Part shown: in pieces, positions 48,563 to 59,483 of the stretch
How positions within the stretch are numbered: the stretch's first letter is position 1
Layout: each line of letters begins with the position of its first letter
Assembly: GCA_029288895.1 (NCBI GenBank)
Contig: JARIGK010000004.1
Span: 175,866-239,865, forward strand
Source of the DNA: Candidatus Adlerbacteria bacterium
GTDB taxonomy: Bacteria > Patescibacteriota > Minisyncoccia > Phycocordibacterales > SBAW01
Direction: 5' to 3'
Length of the DNA stretch: 64,000 bases
Translations under genes and position numbers: made by a program
Notes under the pieces: generated by a model
The model's database searches: none
What the model saw: only the letters and a program-made list of their open reading frames with translations
What the model was told of the DNA's origin: nothing

Positions 48563-50428
48563 TTAGACGCCTAGCACTACCGGAATCACGATAGGGCGCT
48601 TGTTGGTTTTTTCGAAGAGGAAGCGGGCGACAGCGTCGGTGACGTTGTTTTTGACGTAGTCGAAGTTGACTGGGTTCATGCCGCGAGTCGTATCCTCGAT
48701 GGTCTTCTTGATAAGAAGACGAGTCTGCTGAAGTAGGTCTTGGTTTTCGCGGAGGTAGACGAAGCCACGCGAGATAATGTCTGGCGATTTGCGCAGGCGG
48801 CCGTTCTTTGGGTTGACGGTCGCGATAATGACGAACATACCTTCTTGTGCGAGTACCGAGCGGTCGCGGATAACCACCTCCTGTATGTCGCCAATAGAGA
48901 AGCCGTCAACGAGGCGAAGTGAGTTCGGCGCATGCTCTTTCAAGCGCACGACAGACTGGCCTTCGTCGCGGATTTCGATAACCGTACCATTGTCGGGGAT
49001 GATGACTTCGTCCTCGCGGCGGCCGCAGGCCTTGGCAATTTCGCCATGGGTGCGGAGCATGTAGTGGTAGCCGTGCATCGGCATAAAGAAGCGCGGGTTT
49101 ACGTGCATGTGGATCCAGACGAGTTCGTCGCGGTTTGCGTGGCCCGAGGCATGGATGTCCATCGTCTTGCGGTGGATAATCTTGGCACCCTGGCGCGAGA
49201 TGTTGTCTTTCAATTTTTGCACTGCGCGTTCGTTGCCTGGGATAACAGATGACGAAAGGAGGACAATGTCTGTTGGCTTCAATTTGATGTATTTGTGCGT
49301 CTTCATCGCGACACGCATAAGCGCTGCAAATTCGTCGCCCTGCGCACCCGTGGCCAAGATAAGGATCTTGTTGTCAGGCAAGTGCTCCAACTCTTGTGCG
49401 CTGATGAACGTCTTTTCAGGGACCTTCAACATGCCAAGCTGTTTGACGATATCGATGTTGACCTTCATCGAACGGCCTTCGACAAGCACATGCTTGCCTG
49501 CATTTGCAGCCGTTTCAACAATGTGGATGATGCGCTCGAGCTGCGACGAGAAGGTGCCGATGATAAGGCGGCCTTTGGTCGAGGTAATAACCTCTTCCAT
49601 GTTTTTGCGCACCGTGCGCTCTGGAAGCGAGAAGCCAGGCTCTTCGCAGTTGGTCGAGTCTGCCATGAGCATAAGCACGTTCATGTCTTTAAAGATGGAC
49701 CACTCTTTTTCTTCCTGCTCTGTTGGGACGCCGTTGATGTGGTCGAGCTTCAAGTCGCCGGTTGCAACGATATTGCCGTGCGGCGTTTCGATGATGATGC
49801 CCATCGAGTCGGGGATAGTGTGGGTCACAGAGAAGAAACGAATCTTCAATTTGCCCGCGCGGACGCTCTCGTTCTTTTCTACTTCGTGGATAGTAAGAGG
49901 CTTCAAGTTCGGGAATTCTTCCTGGCGCTTCTTAACCATGATTGAGGTAAGAAGGCGGGTGTAGACAGGCGGGTAACCGATGCGGTCGATAACGTACGGG
50001 ATGCCGCCGATGTGGTCGAGGTGGCCGTGCGTAATAAAGAGGCCACGGATTTTATCGCGGCGCTCTTCCAAGTAGCGCGTGTTCGGCAAGATGTAGTCGA
50101 TGCCTGGCGTATCATCTTCGCGGAATTGGAAACCGCAGTCGATGATAACAATGTCATCGCCGTACTCGACGGCCGTCATGTTGCGACCGATTTCTTCCAC
50201 GCCGCCAAGCGGGATGATGCGGATGTTACCTGGCTCGAGCGGTGGAACTGGCTTTTCGTCCGGGTTGGCAGTGTTTTGCCCCGGTTCGAATTCTTTTATC
50301 TCGCGCACTGGGTGCGGCTGATGAGGCTTAGGACCTTCGCGGCGGAAATCATTCCGGCGCCCACGCCCACCGCGGCCTCCGCGGCCGCGACCTGCGCCAC
50401 CTCTGGGAGCTTTCTTCTTCTCTTCCAT
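48563..50428 (-). CDS. rnj: Ribonuclease J
   Basis: PLGGVEEIGRNM, THGHLDHIGG, HTIPD, HASGHA, PDIISRGFVY. Confidence 0.97.
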   Translation of the reverse strand: MEEKKKAPRGGAGRGRGGRGGRGRRNDFRREGPKPHQPHPVREIKEFEPGQNTANPDEKPVPPLEPGNIRIIPLGGVEEIGRNMTAVEYGDDIVIIDCGFQFREDDTPGIDYILPNTRYLEERRDKIRGLFITHGHLDHIGGIPYVIDRIGYPPVYTRLLTSIMVKKRQEEFPNLKPLTIHEVEKNESVRAGKLKIRFFSVTHTIPDSMGIIIETPHGNIVATGDLKLDHINGVPTEQEEKEWSIFKDMNVLMLMADSTNCEEPGFSLPERTVRKNMEEVITSTKGRLIIGTFSSQLERIIHIVETAANAGKHVLVEGRSMKVNIDIVKQLGMLKVPEKTFISAQELEHLPDNKILILATGAQGDEFAALMRVAMKTHKYIKLKPTDIVLLSSSVIPGNERAVQKLKDNISRQGAKIIHRKTMDIHASGHANRDELVWIHMHVNPRFFMPMHGYHYMLRTHGEIAKACGRREDEVIIPDNGTVIEIRDEGQSVVRLKEHAPNSLRLVDGFSIGDIQEVVIRDRSVLAQEGMFVIIATVNPKNGRLRKSPDIISRGFVYLRENQDLLQQTRLLIKKTIEDTTRGMNPVNFDYVKNNVTDAVARFLFEKTNKRPIVIPVVLGV

Positions 50429-50484
50429 ATCTGCTGATTAACTAACGTTACTACTTATACGATTAATAATTTGAAAGACTCTTT

Positions 50485-52239
50485 TTAGTGCGCAAACGGG
50501 GGCCATACCTGGTCTGTCTCTTTGTGCCAGCCCCTGATGCTCAAAAATCGGTCGCTTGGAGTTTCGATAAACCCGAGATCTACCCCAGCGAGGTCGTTAG
50601 GTACAATATACACGAAATCGGGCGCATAGAGAAATACGGCAGGGTTGTCTTTGGAAAGCTCGCCAGCAAATTGCTGGTAGAGCGAGAGGCGCTTCTGTTC
50701 GTCGCTGGTCTGGCGCAATGCCTCGAGTGTTTTGTCTGCTGTGGCATTTGCGTACATAGCGATGTTGAGCCCCGGGTCATTGCGCTGGCTCGAATCCCAG
50801 AAGGCAAAGAGGTCGAGCTCGCGGCCGACAACTTCGCCAAACAACAGTGCGTCGTACTTACGCGGGCGGATAACATTTTGTGAGAGGTCGCCTTGGTCGT
50901 AAATTTGAATGTCTACTTTGATACCAACTTTGGCCCAGGTAGTTTTGACATATTCTGCTGCTGCGCGAAGTTCGGGCACATTGCCTGTGGCCAAGCTAAA
51001 TTCAAGCGTTGTAGTTTTTGCGCTCTTGCCCGAGCCGCTCACTTTTTGCATAAAACCATCCGGGCCCATCTTCCACCCGGCGCGCGTAAGCTCGTTTTGC
51101 GCTTTTGCGATTGCTTGGTCTTGTGAGCTTGTTGCCGCACCGATTGTTGTGCCCGAGATAATGCTTGGCGGGACAGGGCCCGACAGTGCAGTGCCGTAGC
51201 CGCCCAACACTTGTGCCACAAGCGCCTGGCGGTCGAGCGAATCGTTGAGTGCTTGGCGCACGGCCCCGTCGCGAAGCACAACGGATTGGTTTTGATTAAA
51301 GAAGACGCCGAAGACACGGTTTAAGGGTGCCTGTTCGACGCGGAAGCCGTTCAAGGTCGACAGTGCCGCAGGTGAGATGCTGCTTGCCGATTCAATCGAG
51401 CCGCCTTTGAGTGCCGTCACTAAATCATCCTCATTTTGGTAAAAGCGGAGCGTGACATGTTCGAGGTAGGGCGCGCCCAATGTGTATTTTGAGAAGCCAT
51501 CAAGCTCGTACGATGAGGGGATGCCAGATGACGTGCGCGAAATCGACGCAATCTTAAATGGCCCTGAACCTACAGGCGAGGTGTTTAAGTCGCTGAAGGG
51601 GAATTCGTCATCGCTGATGTTTTGCCACAAACTCTTCGGGATAATGCCAAGTGTGAGGTTTGCAATAAAGGGTGCGTACGGGGCTTTCAATGTAAATTGC
51701 ACGGTTTCTGGGTCGACTTCTGTGACGACAACGCCGTCCCAGTTTGCGCGCACAGGGCTCTTCAATTGCGGGTCCTGTGTTTTTTGGATGGTAAAGACGA
51801 CGTCGTCGGCAGTCACGTGCGTGCCGTTATGGAAGGTCGCGTCAGGGCGCAGGTGGAAGGTGTACGTGCGGCCGTCGGGAGAGATATCGTAGGATGCCGC
51901 CAAGTCGTCGGTGTAGTCGCCGTCTGGCGTTGCGCGTAAGAGGCCAGAGTACACAAGTGACGAAAGGTCGCGGTCGGCATCAGACACGGCCAACACGGGG
52001 TTTATAAAGCGAGGCGCGCCGACGATACCTTCTGCAAGTGAGCCGCCGTGCGCTGGCACTCGTACGAGCAATGCTGCGTTCAATATATAGACGAGGCCGA
52101 CAACGCTTACGACCAAGAGCCCTGCAAAGAATAAAAAGAGGGCACGACCGCTGGCCGAAAAGGTGTGGTACGTATCTTGCGCGCGGGCAAGTAGAGGGAA
52201 GCGAGGAGTGTTAGTTTGATTGCGCCAAAACGAACGCAT
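50485..52239 (-). CDS. ABC-type peptide substrate-binding protein (family 5), membrane-anchored
   Basis: LVYSGL, TFHNGTHVTADDVVFT, PVGSGPF; likely start 52239 (MRSFW). Confidence 0.88.
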   Translation of the reverse strand: MRSFWRNQTNTPRFPLLARAQDTYHTFSASGRALFLFFAGLLVVSVVGLVYILNAALLVRVPAHGGSLAEGIVGAPRFINPVLAVSDADRDLSSLVYSGLLRATPDGDYTDDLAASYDISPDGRTYTFHLRPDATFHNGTHVTADDVVFTIQKTQDPQLKSPVRANWDGVVVTEVDPETVQFTLKAPYAPFIANLTLGIIPKSLWQNISDDEFPFSDLNTSPVGSGPFKIASISRTSSGIPSSYELDGFSKYTLGAPYLEHVTLRFYQNEDDLVTALKGGSIESASSISPAALSTLNGFRVEQAPLNRVFGVFFNQNQSVVLRDGAVRQALNDSLDRQALVAQVLGGYGTALSGPVPPSIISGTTIGAATSSQDQAIAKAQNELTRAGWKMGPDGFMQKVSGSGKSAKTTTLEFSLATGNVPELRAAAEYVKTTWAKVGIKVDIQIYDQGDLSQNVIRPRKYDALLFGEVVGRELDLFAFWDSSQRNDPGLNIAMYANATADKTLEALRQTSDEQKRLSLYQQFAGELSKDNPAVFLYAPDFVYIVPNDLAGVDLGFIETPSDRFLSIRGWHKETDQVWPPFAH

Positions 52240-52273
52240 AAATATAAGTGGCCCATACGGGCCATTGAGTTGC

Positions 52274-52504
52274 TTAGTGGATGACGAGAGCGACGAACGC
52301 TGAGGCAGCGAACAAGATACCCACAATGATGGTTGTACGGAAGAGGTACTTTTCGAGACCGCGGCGTGTGTGGTACGCAGCGCTGAAGTTGTCGGCGCCG
52401 AATGCGCCGCCCAAGGATGCGCCTGTTTGCTGCAACAAGATGCAGACAATAAGCACGACCGAAAGCACTATTTGTATATAGGGCAATGCGCCCGCTATCG
52501 TCAT
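52274..52504 (-). CDS. secG: Preprotein translocase subunit SecG
   Basis: ILLQQTGASLGGAFG...TRRGLEK; two TM helices. Confidence 0.92.
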   Translation of the reverse strand: MTIAGALPYIQIVLSVVLIVCILLQQTGASLGGAFGADNFSAAYHTRRGLEKYLFRTTIIVGILFAASAFVALVIH

Positions 52505-52598
52505 TAGAAATAGCCTAACACAGCCATATGAGCCCCGCAACCCATGTTTCTTGACCGTTCTTGATCCTTGTTTCCCGATCAAGTAAACTTTCTTCACT

Positions 52599-52970
52599 AT
52601 GAAGAAGGCTAAAAAAAGTGTGAAAAAAGCAGTAAAGCCTGCTGCGAAGAAAAAGGCTGTTTTGAAGACTGGTTCTACGAAGAGTGCTCTTGGCCGCCCG
52701 TACGGCGACCGTGTGTTGGTAAAGCCCACACCGATGGAACAGACGACATCGTTTGGCCTTATCATCCCAGACTCGACTAAAGAGAAGCCAGAAACAGGTG
52801 TTGTTGTGGCGGTGGGCGATGGCCGCATTTCGGCAGACGGCAAAGTAATGCCGATGCGCGTGCAGGTTGGCGACACGATTATGTTTTCTAAGTACGGCTA
52901 CGACGAGGTCAAAGTACAGGGCACAGACTATTACTTGATCCGCGAAGAGAGCATCACATACATCTTCTAG
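52599..52970 (+). CDS. groES: Co-chaperonin GroES with Lys/Ala-rich N-terminal extension
   Basis: RPYGDRVLV, GLIIPD..KEKP, VVAVGDG, FSKYG. Confidence 0.95.
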   Translation: MKKAKKSVKKAVKPAAKKKAVLKTGSTKSALGRPYGDRVLVKPTPMEQTTSFGLIIPDSTKEKPETGVVVAVGDGRISADGKVMPMRVQVGDTIMFSKYGYDEVKVQGTDYYLIREESITYIF

Positions 52971-52980
52971 TTATTTCTAA

Positions 52981-54642
<1,662 letters not shown>

Positions 54643-54663
54643 CCTATCTTAAAAGGAAGGCAG

Positions 54664-54692
54664 AAATGGGGCTGTACAAAGCCCCATTTTTT
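54664..54692 (+). terminator. groEL terminator
   Basis: AAATGGGGCT-gtacaa-AGCCCCATTT followed by a T-tract. Confidence 0.8.
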
Positions 54693-54785
54693 ATACCTGC
54701 GCAATATTGACATATAGCTATATAATGTTATTATGTATAACGGAACTCGTGTTTGGGTTCGTAACAGAAAATAGGAGAAGTGAGA

Positions 54786-55241
54786 ATGGCTCGTAGCCAT
54801 CCTGTTGACGTCCATGTCGGCGCTCGTATGCGCCAGCGGCGCTCGCTGCTCGGAATGAGCCAGACCCACCTCGGTAACGCGGTTGGGCTGACATTCCAGC
54901 AGATCCAGAAGTACGAACGCGGCTCCAACCGCATCGGCTCGTCGCGGCTCTTCGAGTTCGCGAAGGTGCTCGATGTGCAGGTCTCGTACTTCTTCGACGA
55001 AATGCCGTCGAACGCGCTTGCCGGCCGGCCCATGTCGGGCCGTGGCCGCAAGCACGGCGAAGAGGCGACTCCGTTCGAACAGGAGAAGGATCCGCTGGTC
55101 AAGCGCGAAACCCTCGAGCTGGTTCGCGCCTACTACAAGATCCGCGAAGGCCGCGTCCGCAAGCGCATCTTCGAAATGGTGAAGGCGGTCGGTGCCGCCA
55201 GCCATGCCGAGGTGCTGGGCGGTCGCAAAGGTCGTCGCTAA
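54786..55241 (+). CDS. XRE-family HTH transcriptional regulator, Alphaproteobacteria-type
   Basis: HPVDVHVGARMRQRR...GLTFQQIQKYERGSNRIGSSRL...KRETLELVRAYYKI; SD AGGAG. Confidence 0.92.
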   Translation: MARSHPVDVHVGARMRQRRSLLGMSQTHLGNAVGLTFQQIQKYERGSNRIGSSRLFEFAKVLDVQVSYFFDEMPSNALAGRPMSGRGRKHGEEATPFEQEKDPLVKRETLELVRAYYKIREGRVRKRIFEMVKAVGAASHAEVLGGRKGRR

Positions 55242-55250
55242 ACCAACAAT

Positions 55251-55295
55251 GTCCGCGTCGTTCCAACTAGGGGATGACGCGGACTTTCTTTTTTT
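55251..55295 (+). terminator. Intrinsic terminator
   Basis: GTCCGCGTC...GACGCGGAC followed by a T-tract. Confidence 0.8.
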
Positions 55296-55350
55296 CATGG
55301 AAACTTCTACCTCATCTGCTACGTATATATAGTAGAGGGAGATATGTTCT

Positions 55351-55530
55351 ATGGAAAACAACGATAGTCTTCTGATTATCGAGGCGCGGCGACCGCGAAG
55401 AGTTTCGACAGACGGGACTCTCAAAGTTTCGCCAGATCTCGAGGATAGGCTCGCTAGGCTTCGCGATAGACGAATTGCGCAATGGCGAGGAAAAAATTCT
55501 GAGACCACACCAAGGGCAGCTTCTGAATAG
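55351..55530 (+). CDS. Possible 59-aa Arg-rich small protein (not in the ORF track)
   Basis: ATG..TAG open frame MENNDSLLIIEARRPRR...; upstream GAGGGAG; terminator hairpin overlaps the stop. Confidence 0.35.
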   Translation: MENNDSLLIIEARRPRRVSTDGTLKVSPDLEDRLARLRDRRIAQWRGKNSETTPRAASE

Positions 55531-55570
55531 AGGCTGCCTTTTTCTTTTTGTGCTATATTCTGCATGCATT

Positions 55571-55660
55571 GGAGGCGTCGCATAGTGGTCTAGTGCACCG
55601 CCTTGGAAAGGCGGCATCGGGGAAACCTGATCGAGAGTTCGAATCTCTCCGCCTCCGCCA
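55571..55660 (+). tRNA. tRNA-Ser(GGA)
   Basis: GGAGGCG acceptor, CCGCC-TTGGAAA-GGCGG, long variable arm, CCA end. Confidence 0.96.
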
Positions 55661-55711
55661 CGATGTGCTGTTTAACCAATTGAACAGATGGGGCGTACTA
55701 CAATAGTATTT

Positions 55712-56143
55712 ATGGCCACTATCAACGTACATATCAACTTTAATGGAAATGCAGAAGAAGCATTCAATTTTTATAAGTCAGTATTTGGCGGAGAATTTTC
55801 AAAAATTAGCCGTTTCAAGGATTTAGCAAGTGCTGACTTTACACCGGCACCGGAGGAAGGGAATAAAATAATGGTTATCGAGTTGCCTATTGGTAACAAT
55901 ATATTGAGCGCAAACGATGTCCCACAGCATTTGGGGCGTACAAACGAACACGAAAACAGAAGCAAGATTGCAGTTGCTGCAGAGAGCCGCGAAGAAGCAG
56001 AAACGCTATTCAACGGGCTTTCAGTTGGGGGAGAAGTAGAAATGCCGCTTGGCGATAGCCCTTGGGGGACCTACTTCGCAATGTTCCGAGATAGGTACGG
56101 CATCGAATGGATGATTGAGTTTGATTCAAAAAATATAGATTAA
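55712..56143 (+). CDS. VOC family protein (PhnB-like)
   Basis: FNGNAEEAFNFYKSVFGG; PWGTYFAMFRDRYGIEW. Confidence 0.9.
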   Translation: MATINVHINFNGNAEEAFNFYKSVFGGEFSKISRFKDLASADFTPAPEEGNKIMVIELPIGNNILSANDVPQHLGRTNEHENRSKIAVAAESREEAETLFNGLSVGGEVEMPLGDSPWGTYFAMFRDRYGIEWMIEFDSKNID

Positions 56144-56201
56144 GGATAGAGCGTGCGTGTGTGCGAGGCGAGGTACAATACCTTGAATAAGGACGAGAGG
56201 T

Positions 56202-57089
56202 ATGAAGAAGCACGCTCGCGCAAAGAAAAAAATACTAAGCACTTCGCGTGTGTGGATGATTTTTGCTGCCGTGGCCACCCTTGCCACCCTTTCGCTCTAT
56301 GTGGTTGTGCAGGGAGCCCGCAGCAAAGAAGTCGTCTCGGATATACCGCCCGAAATTGAATCGGCAACACTAATGGAGGCGCTCTTTCAAATGCGGCCTG
56401 AAGAATTGCCAACGAAAGACTCAGTTAAAATCCCGATTTTTATTTACCACAGCATCCGCCCCATCGACCCAAACGATTCGAGCGCGGTAAAAACGTACGA
56501 AATCAGCCCCGAACTTTTTGAAGAGCAATTGAAATACCTCCGCGATAATGGCTACACCACAGTTTCGCTCGACGACGTTGTAGACGATATCAAGATCCAT
56601 TCAACAGGAAGTGTCAAAAAACCCGTTGTGCTCACATTCGACGACGGATGGGAAAATCAATACAAATACGCCTTTCCGCTGCTTAAGAAATATCACATGA
56701 CGGGAACGTTCTACGTGTATACAAACCCAATTAGCAAAGTCGATCACTGGCTTACCTGGGATCAGCTCAAAGAAATGCAAGCCGCAGGTATGACGATTGA
56801 AGACCATACACTTTCGCACCCGCTTTTTAAACACACGTCAACCGACCAGATCAAAACCGAAGTCACCCAAAGTAAAAAAATATTGGAACAACATCTGGGA
56901 ACCCACGTCGACCATTTTGCATCTCCGTACGGATACTGGACAGAAAGTATTGCGGATATTGTGCGCGGGGCAGGGTATGCAACCTACCGCACGACATATA
57001 AAGGTGTGTACCAAGACAACCCGATGCGCTTGCGCGGCATACTTGTCACAAACGACCTTAATTATTTTATTGAAATGCTCAATCGCTAG
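56202..57089 (+). CDS. Polysaccharide deacetylase (CE4/NodB), membrane-anchored
   Basis: PIFIYH, LTFDDG, DHTLSHP, FASPYG. Confidence 0.92.
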   Translation: MKKHARAKKKILSTSRVWMIFAAVATLATLSLYVVVQGARSKEVVSDIPPEIESATLMEALFQMRPEELPTKDSVKIPIFIYHSIRPIDPNDSSAVKTYEISPELFEEQLKYLRDNGYTTVSLDDVVDDIKIHSTGSVKKPVVLTFDDGWENQYKYAFPLLKKYHMTGTFYVYTNPISKVDHWLTWDQLKEMQAAGMTIEDHTLSHPLFKHTSTDQIKTEVTQSKKILEQHLGTHVDHFASPYGYWTESIADIVRGAGYATYRTTYKGVYQDNPMRLRGILVTNDLNYFIEMLNR

Positions 57090-57124
57090 CTACCCTAGGT
57101 GGTAGTATCAGGGTACAGACTCAC

Positions 57125-58762
57125 ATGCTGTATTTTTTAAAGACTCTTTGTGCGGTATCTTTGTGTGCTGCAGCGGCTGCGGTAAACCATTTGCCCGCTG
57201 TGTTTACGCCACCGCCCATGCCGCCCACGGCCTCGTTTGAGCAATCTTCTGTTTTGTCACTGCAGGCAAACCCGACACTTGTTGGTACTGCCGCTAATAT
57301 AAAAGCCCCGCTTATTCTTTCGATTGCGGCGCAAACGCCCCTTGATGCGTCCATCAGTACAACAACATCGCTTGCTGTAGCAGGGGGAAAGTGGGGCGCA
57401 GTGCTTCCGCCTCTCGTAAATGGGCGCTACCTCCTTTCTCTTCGCTCGGGCACAACAACATTGGCAACCAGCACGCTTGCAGTGGGTCTCAAGTCTTTGC
57501 CGGCGCTGCTTGCCGTACCATTGCCTGTCTATGATGTGGCGGATGGGCGATTGTCGCGTTTTAGCATTACCGCTGGTGCGGGCGGCCCCGTCACCATTGG
57601 GCGCATCGGGTTTTTTGTCGCAAGCAACAATGCAGATGTATCGGAGCTTGCGTTGTATGGGTTTAGCGACTCGTCCTACACCACCTCGCTTCTTGGATCG
57701 TCGACGCCGCTTAACAGCGCGCCTGTCGACCTCGACGGGCAGGTTGCATCAATCTCGCCCGACGAGCCATTGTCTATACCAACGGGGCAGACCTACTATT
57801 TTGAACTTGATGGCACAGTCACCCCAGGCGACACATCGTATACGGTTATAACAACGTTGCTTGCAGACCATACACAGCTTTCGCCCACGACGCTTGCGTC
57901 ATCGACAGGAAATTTTATCTGGACACCAAATACATTTGGTACCTCGACAGAACTCGCAGCAGACTGGCTCAATGGTTCGATGTTGTCGATTCCGCAAAAC
58001 GGTATTGTTGAAGGGCGCTCTGGTGCGCCAGTGCCTACGCCGCCCACCTGTACGCTAAACGCGAGCACCAATGTGGTGAGCAGCCAGCCCGTGGTTGTCT
58101 CATGGACAAGCTCGGACGCCGACTATGCAGTATGGAATAACAGTACGCGCGTTGGAGTCAGCGGCACGCAAACCTTTGCCAGCATCCCTGCGCCCACAAC
58201 CTACGTGCTGACGTTCTATGGAAAATACGGCACGGTAAGTTGTACAGCCGCGTTTTCGTCGACTGCGTCACAAGTGGCAAGTGGTGTTGCAACAACAAGT
58301 GCGACAACAACTCAAACAGGGGGCGGTGGTGGCACGCAGGCAAGTAGCACTTCGCCTATTGTGGATTCTTTGTTGGCGTCGACAACGTCCGGAGTCGCAC
58401 CGCTGTCGGTCAAATTTACAACCACCGTCAACACTGCAAAGTCGTGTGCTGCACTTACCTATAGTCTGGGCTACGGCGACAATTCGACAAGCACTATTTC
58501 GGTAAGCAAAAATACCTGTAAACAAGTAGTGTCGACATTTACGCACACATACCTGCGGGCCGGCACGTACACGGCGGCGCTCTATAGGGCAGGTGGAACA
58601 AGCACAAACGAACTGATCCAAAAAATCACTATTACGTCAAAAGTATCTTTTATTGATAGGGCCGGGGCGATGCTTGCAGGTGCCTCTGCTGCTATCCCCA
58701 TGGCTCTTCATGCCGTTTTCATGAAGACGGTATACTTGCTCTACGGGGCGATTAGTAAGTAG
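57125..58762 (+). CDS. Secreted Ser/Thr-rich surface protein with PKD/Ig-like domain
   Basis: Signal peptide; GVAPLSVKF...YGDNS...HTYLRAGTYTA (PKD-like). Confidence 0.75.
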   Translation: MLYFLKTLCAVSLCAAAAAVNHLPAVFTPPPMPPTASFEQSSVLSLQANPTLVGTAANIKAPLILSIAAQTPLDASISTTTSLAVAGGKWGAVLPPLVNGRYLLSLRSGTTTLATSTLAVGLKSLPALLAVPLPVYDVADGRLSRFSITAGAGGPVTIGRIGFFVASNNADVSELALYGFSDSSYTTSLLGSSTPLNSAPVDLDGQVASISPDEPLSIPTGQTYYFELDGTVTPGDTSYTVITTLLADHTQLSPTTLASSTGNFIWTPNTFGTSTELAADWLNGSMLSIPQNGIVEGRSGAPVPTPPTCTLNASTNVVSSQPVVVSWTSSDADYAVWNNSTRVGVSGTQTFASIPAPTTYVLTFYGKYGTVSCTAAFSSTASQVASGVATTSATTTQTGGGGGTQASSTSPIVDSLLASTTSGVAPLSVKFTTTVNTAKSCAALTYSLGYGDNSTSTISVSKNTCKQVVSTFTHTYLRAGTYTAALYRAGGTSTNELIQKITITSKVSFIDRAGAMLAGASAAIPMALHAVFMKTVYLLYGAISK

Positions 58763-58795
58763 GTATTATAAGGTATTCGTACCAATACGATTTTT

Positions 58796-59359
58796 ATGTC
58801 AAAGAAGTGGGTATGGGCGGTAATTGTGATCGTGGTCGTCGCAGTAGGTGCGTGGTATTACATGTCGCACAAGGAAATAGGCATGACTGATGCAAAAGAA
58901 ACTGCAGCAGTAGGGAATGCTATGCCGTCGTCAACGTCAGTATTGCCAACGGACACAGCAGCAATTGATGCACAGGTTACTGCGATGTCGGCAGCAGTAA
59001 GCGCACTTAGCAAAACATCATCACCTAAAGATGTTGCTGCAGCGGCAGCGATGATTGATTCGACAACGGTACTGATGAGCAAGGTCGCTCCTAAACTCCA
59101 GGCGATGATCTCGACTGCGCAAAATGCAAAGAAGGACGTTGCTGCCCTCCAGGCTGCTATGAAGGACTTGGGAACCCAGGTTGCGTCTGCAGGCTCTATT
59201 TCAAAGAGCGTTTCGAACAACGCAAACAATGCTAAGAAGCCGATGGATGCGGCTGGTGTTGCTGCTGCGGAAGCACAGCTTTCTACAGCGGTGAGCTATA
59301 TCGTTAAAGCACAGAACGATATCCACACAGTTGCAGCTGGCTTGAGCGCACTCAAGTAA
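58796..59359 (+). CDS. Membrane-anchored Ala-rich helical protein (fusion paralog of 38947 and 39261)
   Basis: N-terminal TM; DTAAIDAQ motif; C-terminal half aligns with the 39261 product. Confidence 0.75.
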   Translation: MSKKWVWAVIVIVVVAVGAWYYMSHKEIGMTDAKETAAVGNAMPSSTSVLPTDTAAIDAQVTAMSAAVSALSKTSSPKDVAAAAAMIDSTTVLMSKVAPKLQAMISTAQNAKKDVAALQAAMKDLGTQVASAGSISKSVSNNANNAKKPMDAAGVAAAEAQLSTAVSYIVKAQNDIHTVAAGLSALK

Positions 59360-59380
59360 GCCTCCTCGTTTTTGGTCTCC

Positions 59381-59407
59381 AAAACCCCGCCCATGTGGCG
59401 GGGTTTT
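59381..59407 (+). terminator. Intrinsic terminator
   Basis: AAAACCCCGC-ccatgtg-GCGGGGTTTT. Confidence 0.8.
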
Positions 59408-59483
59408 GCTTGTAACATAGCTCTGCTTCTGGTGTTATAGACTCCGGAAGACCTTCACACATTCATCACGAAAGGAAACACAC

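Noticed and set aside
52240-52876. N-terminal extensions of ORF-track entries 50485..52449 and 52274..52876
   Set aside because: They overlap secG and groES; better starts are at 52239 and 52504.
59360-59483. glmS ribozyme
   Set aside because: The leader is too short and lacks the AGCGCC...GACGAGG core.
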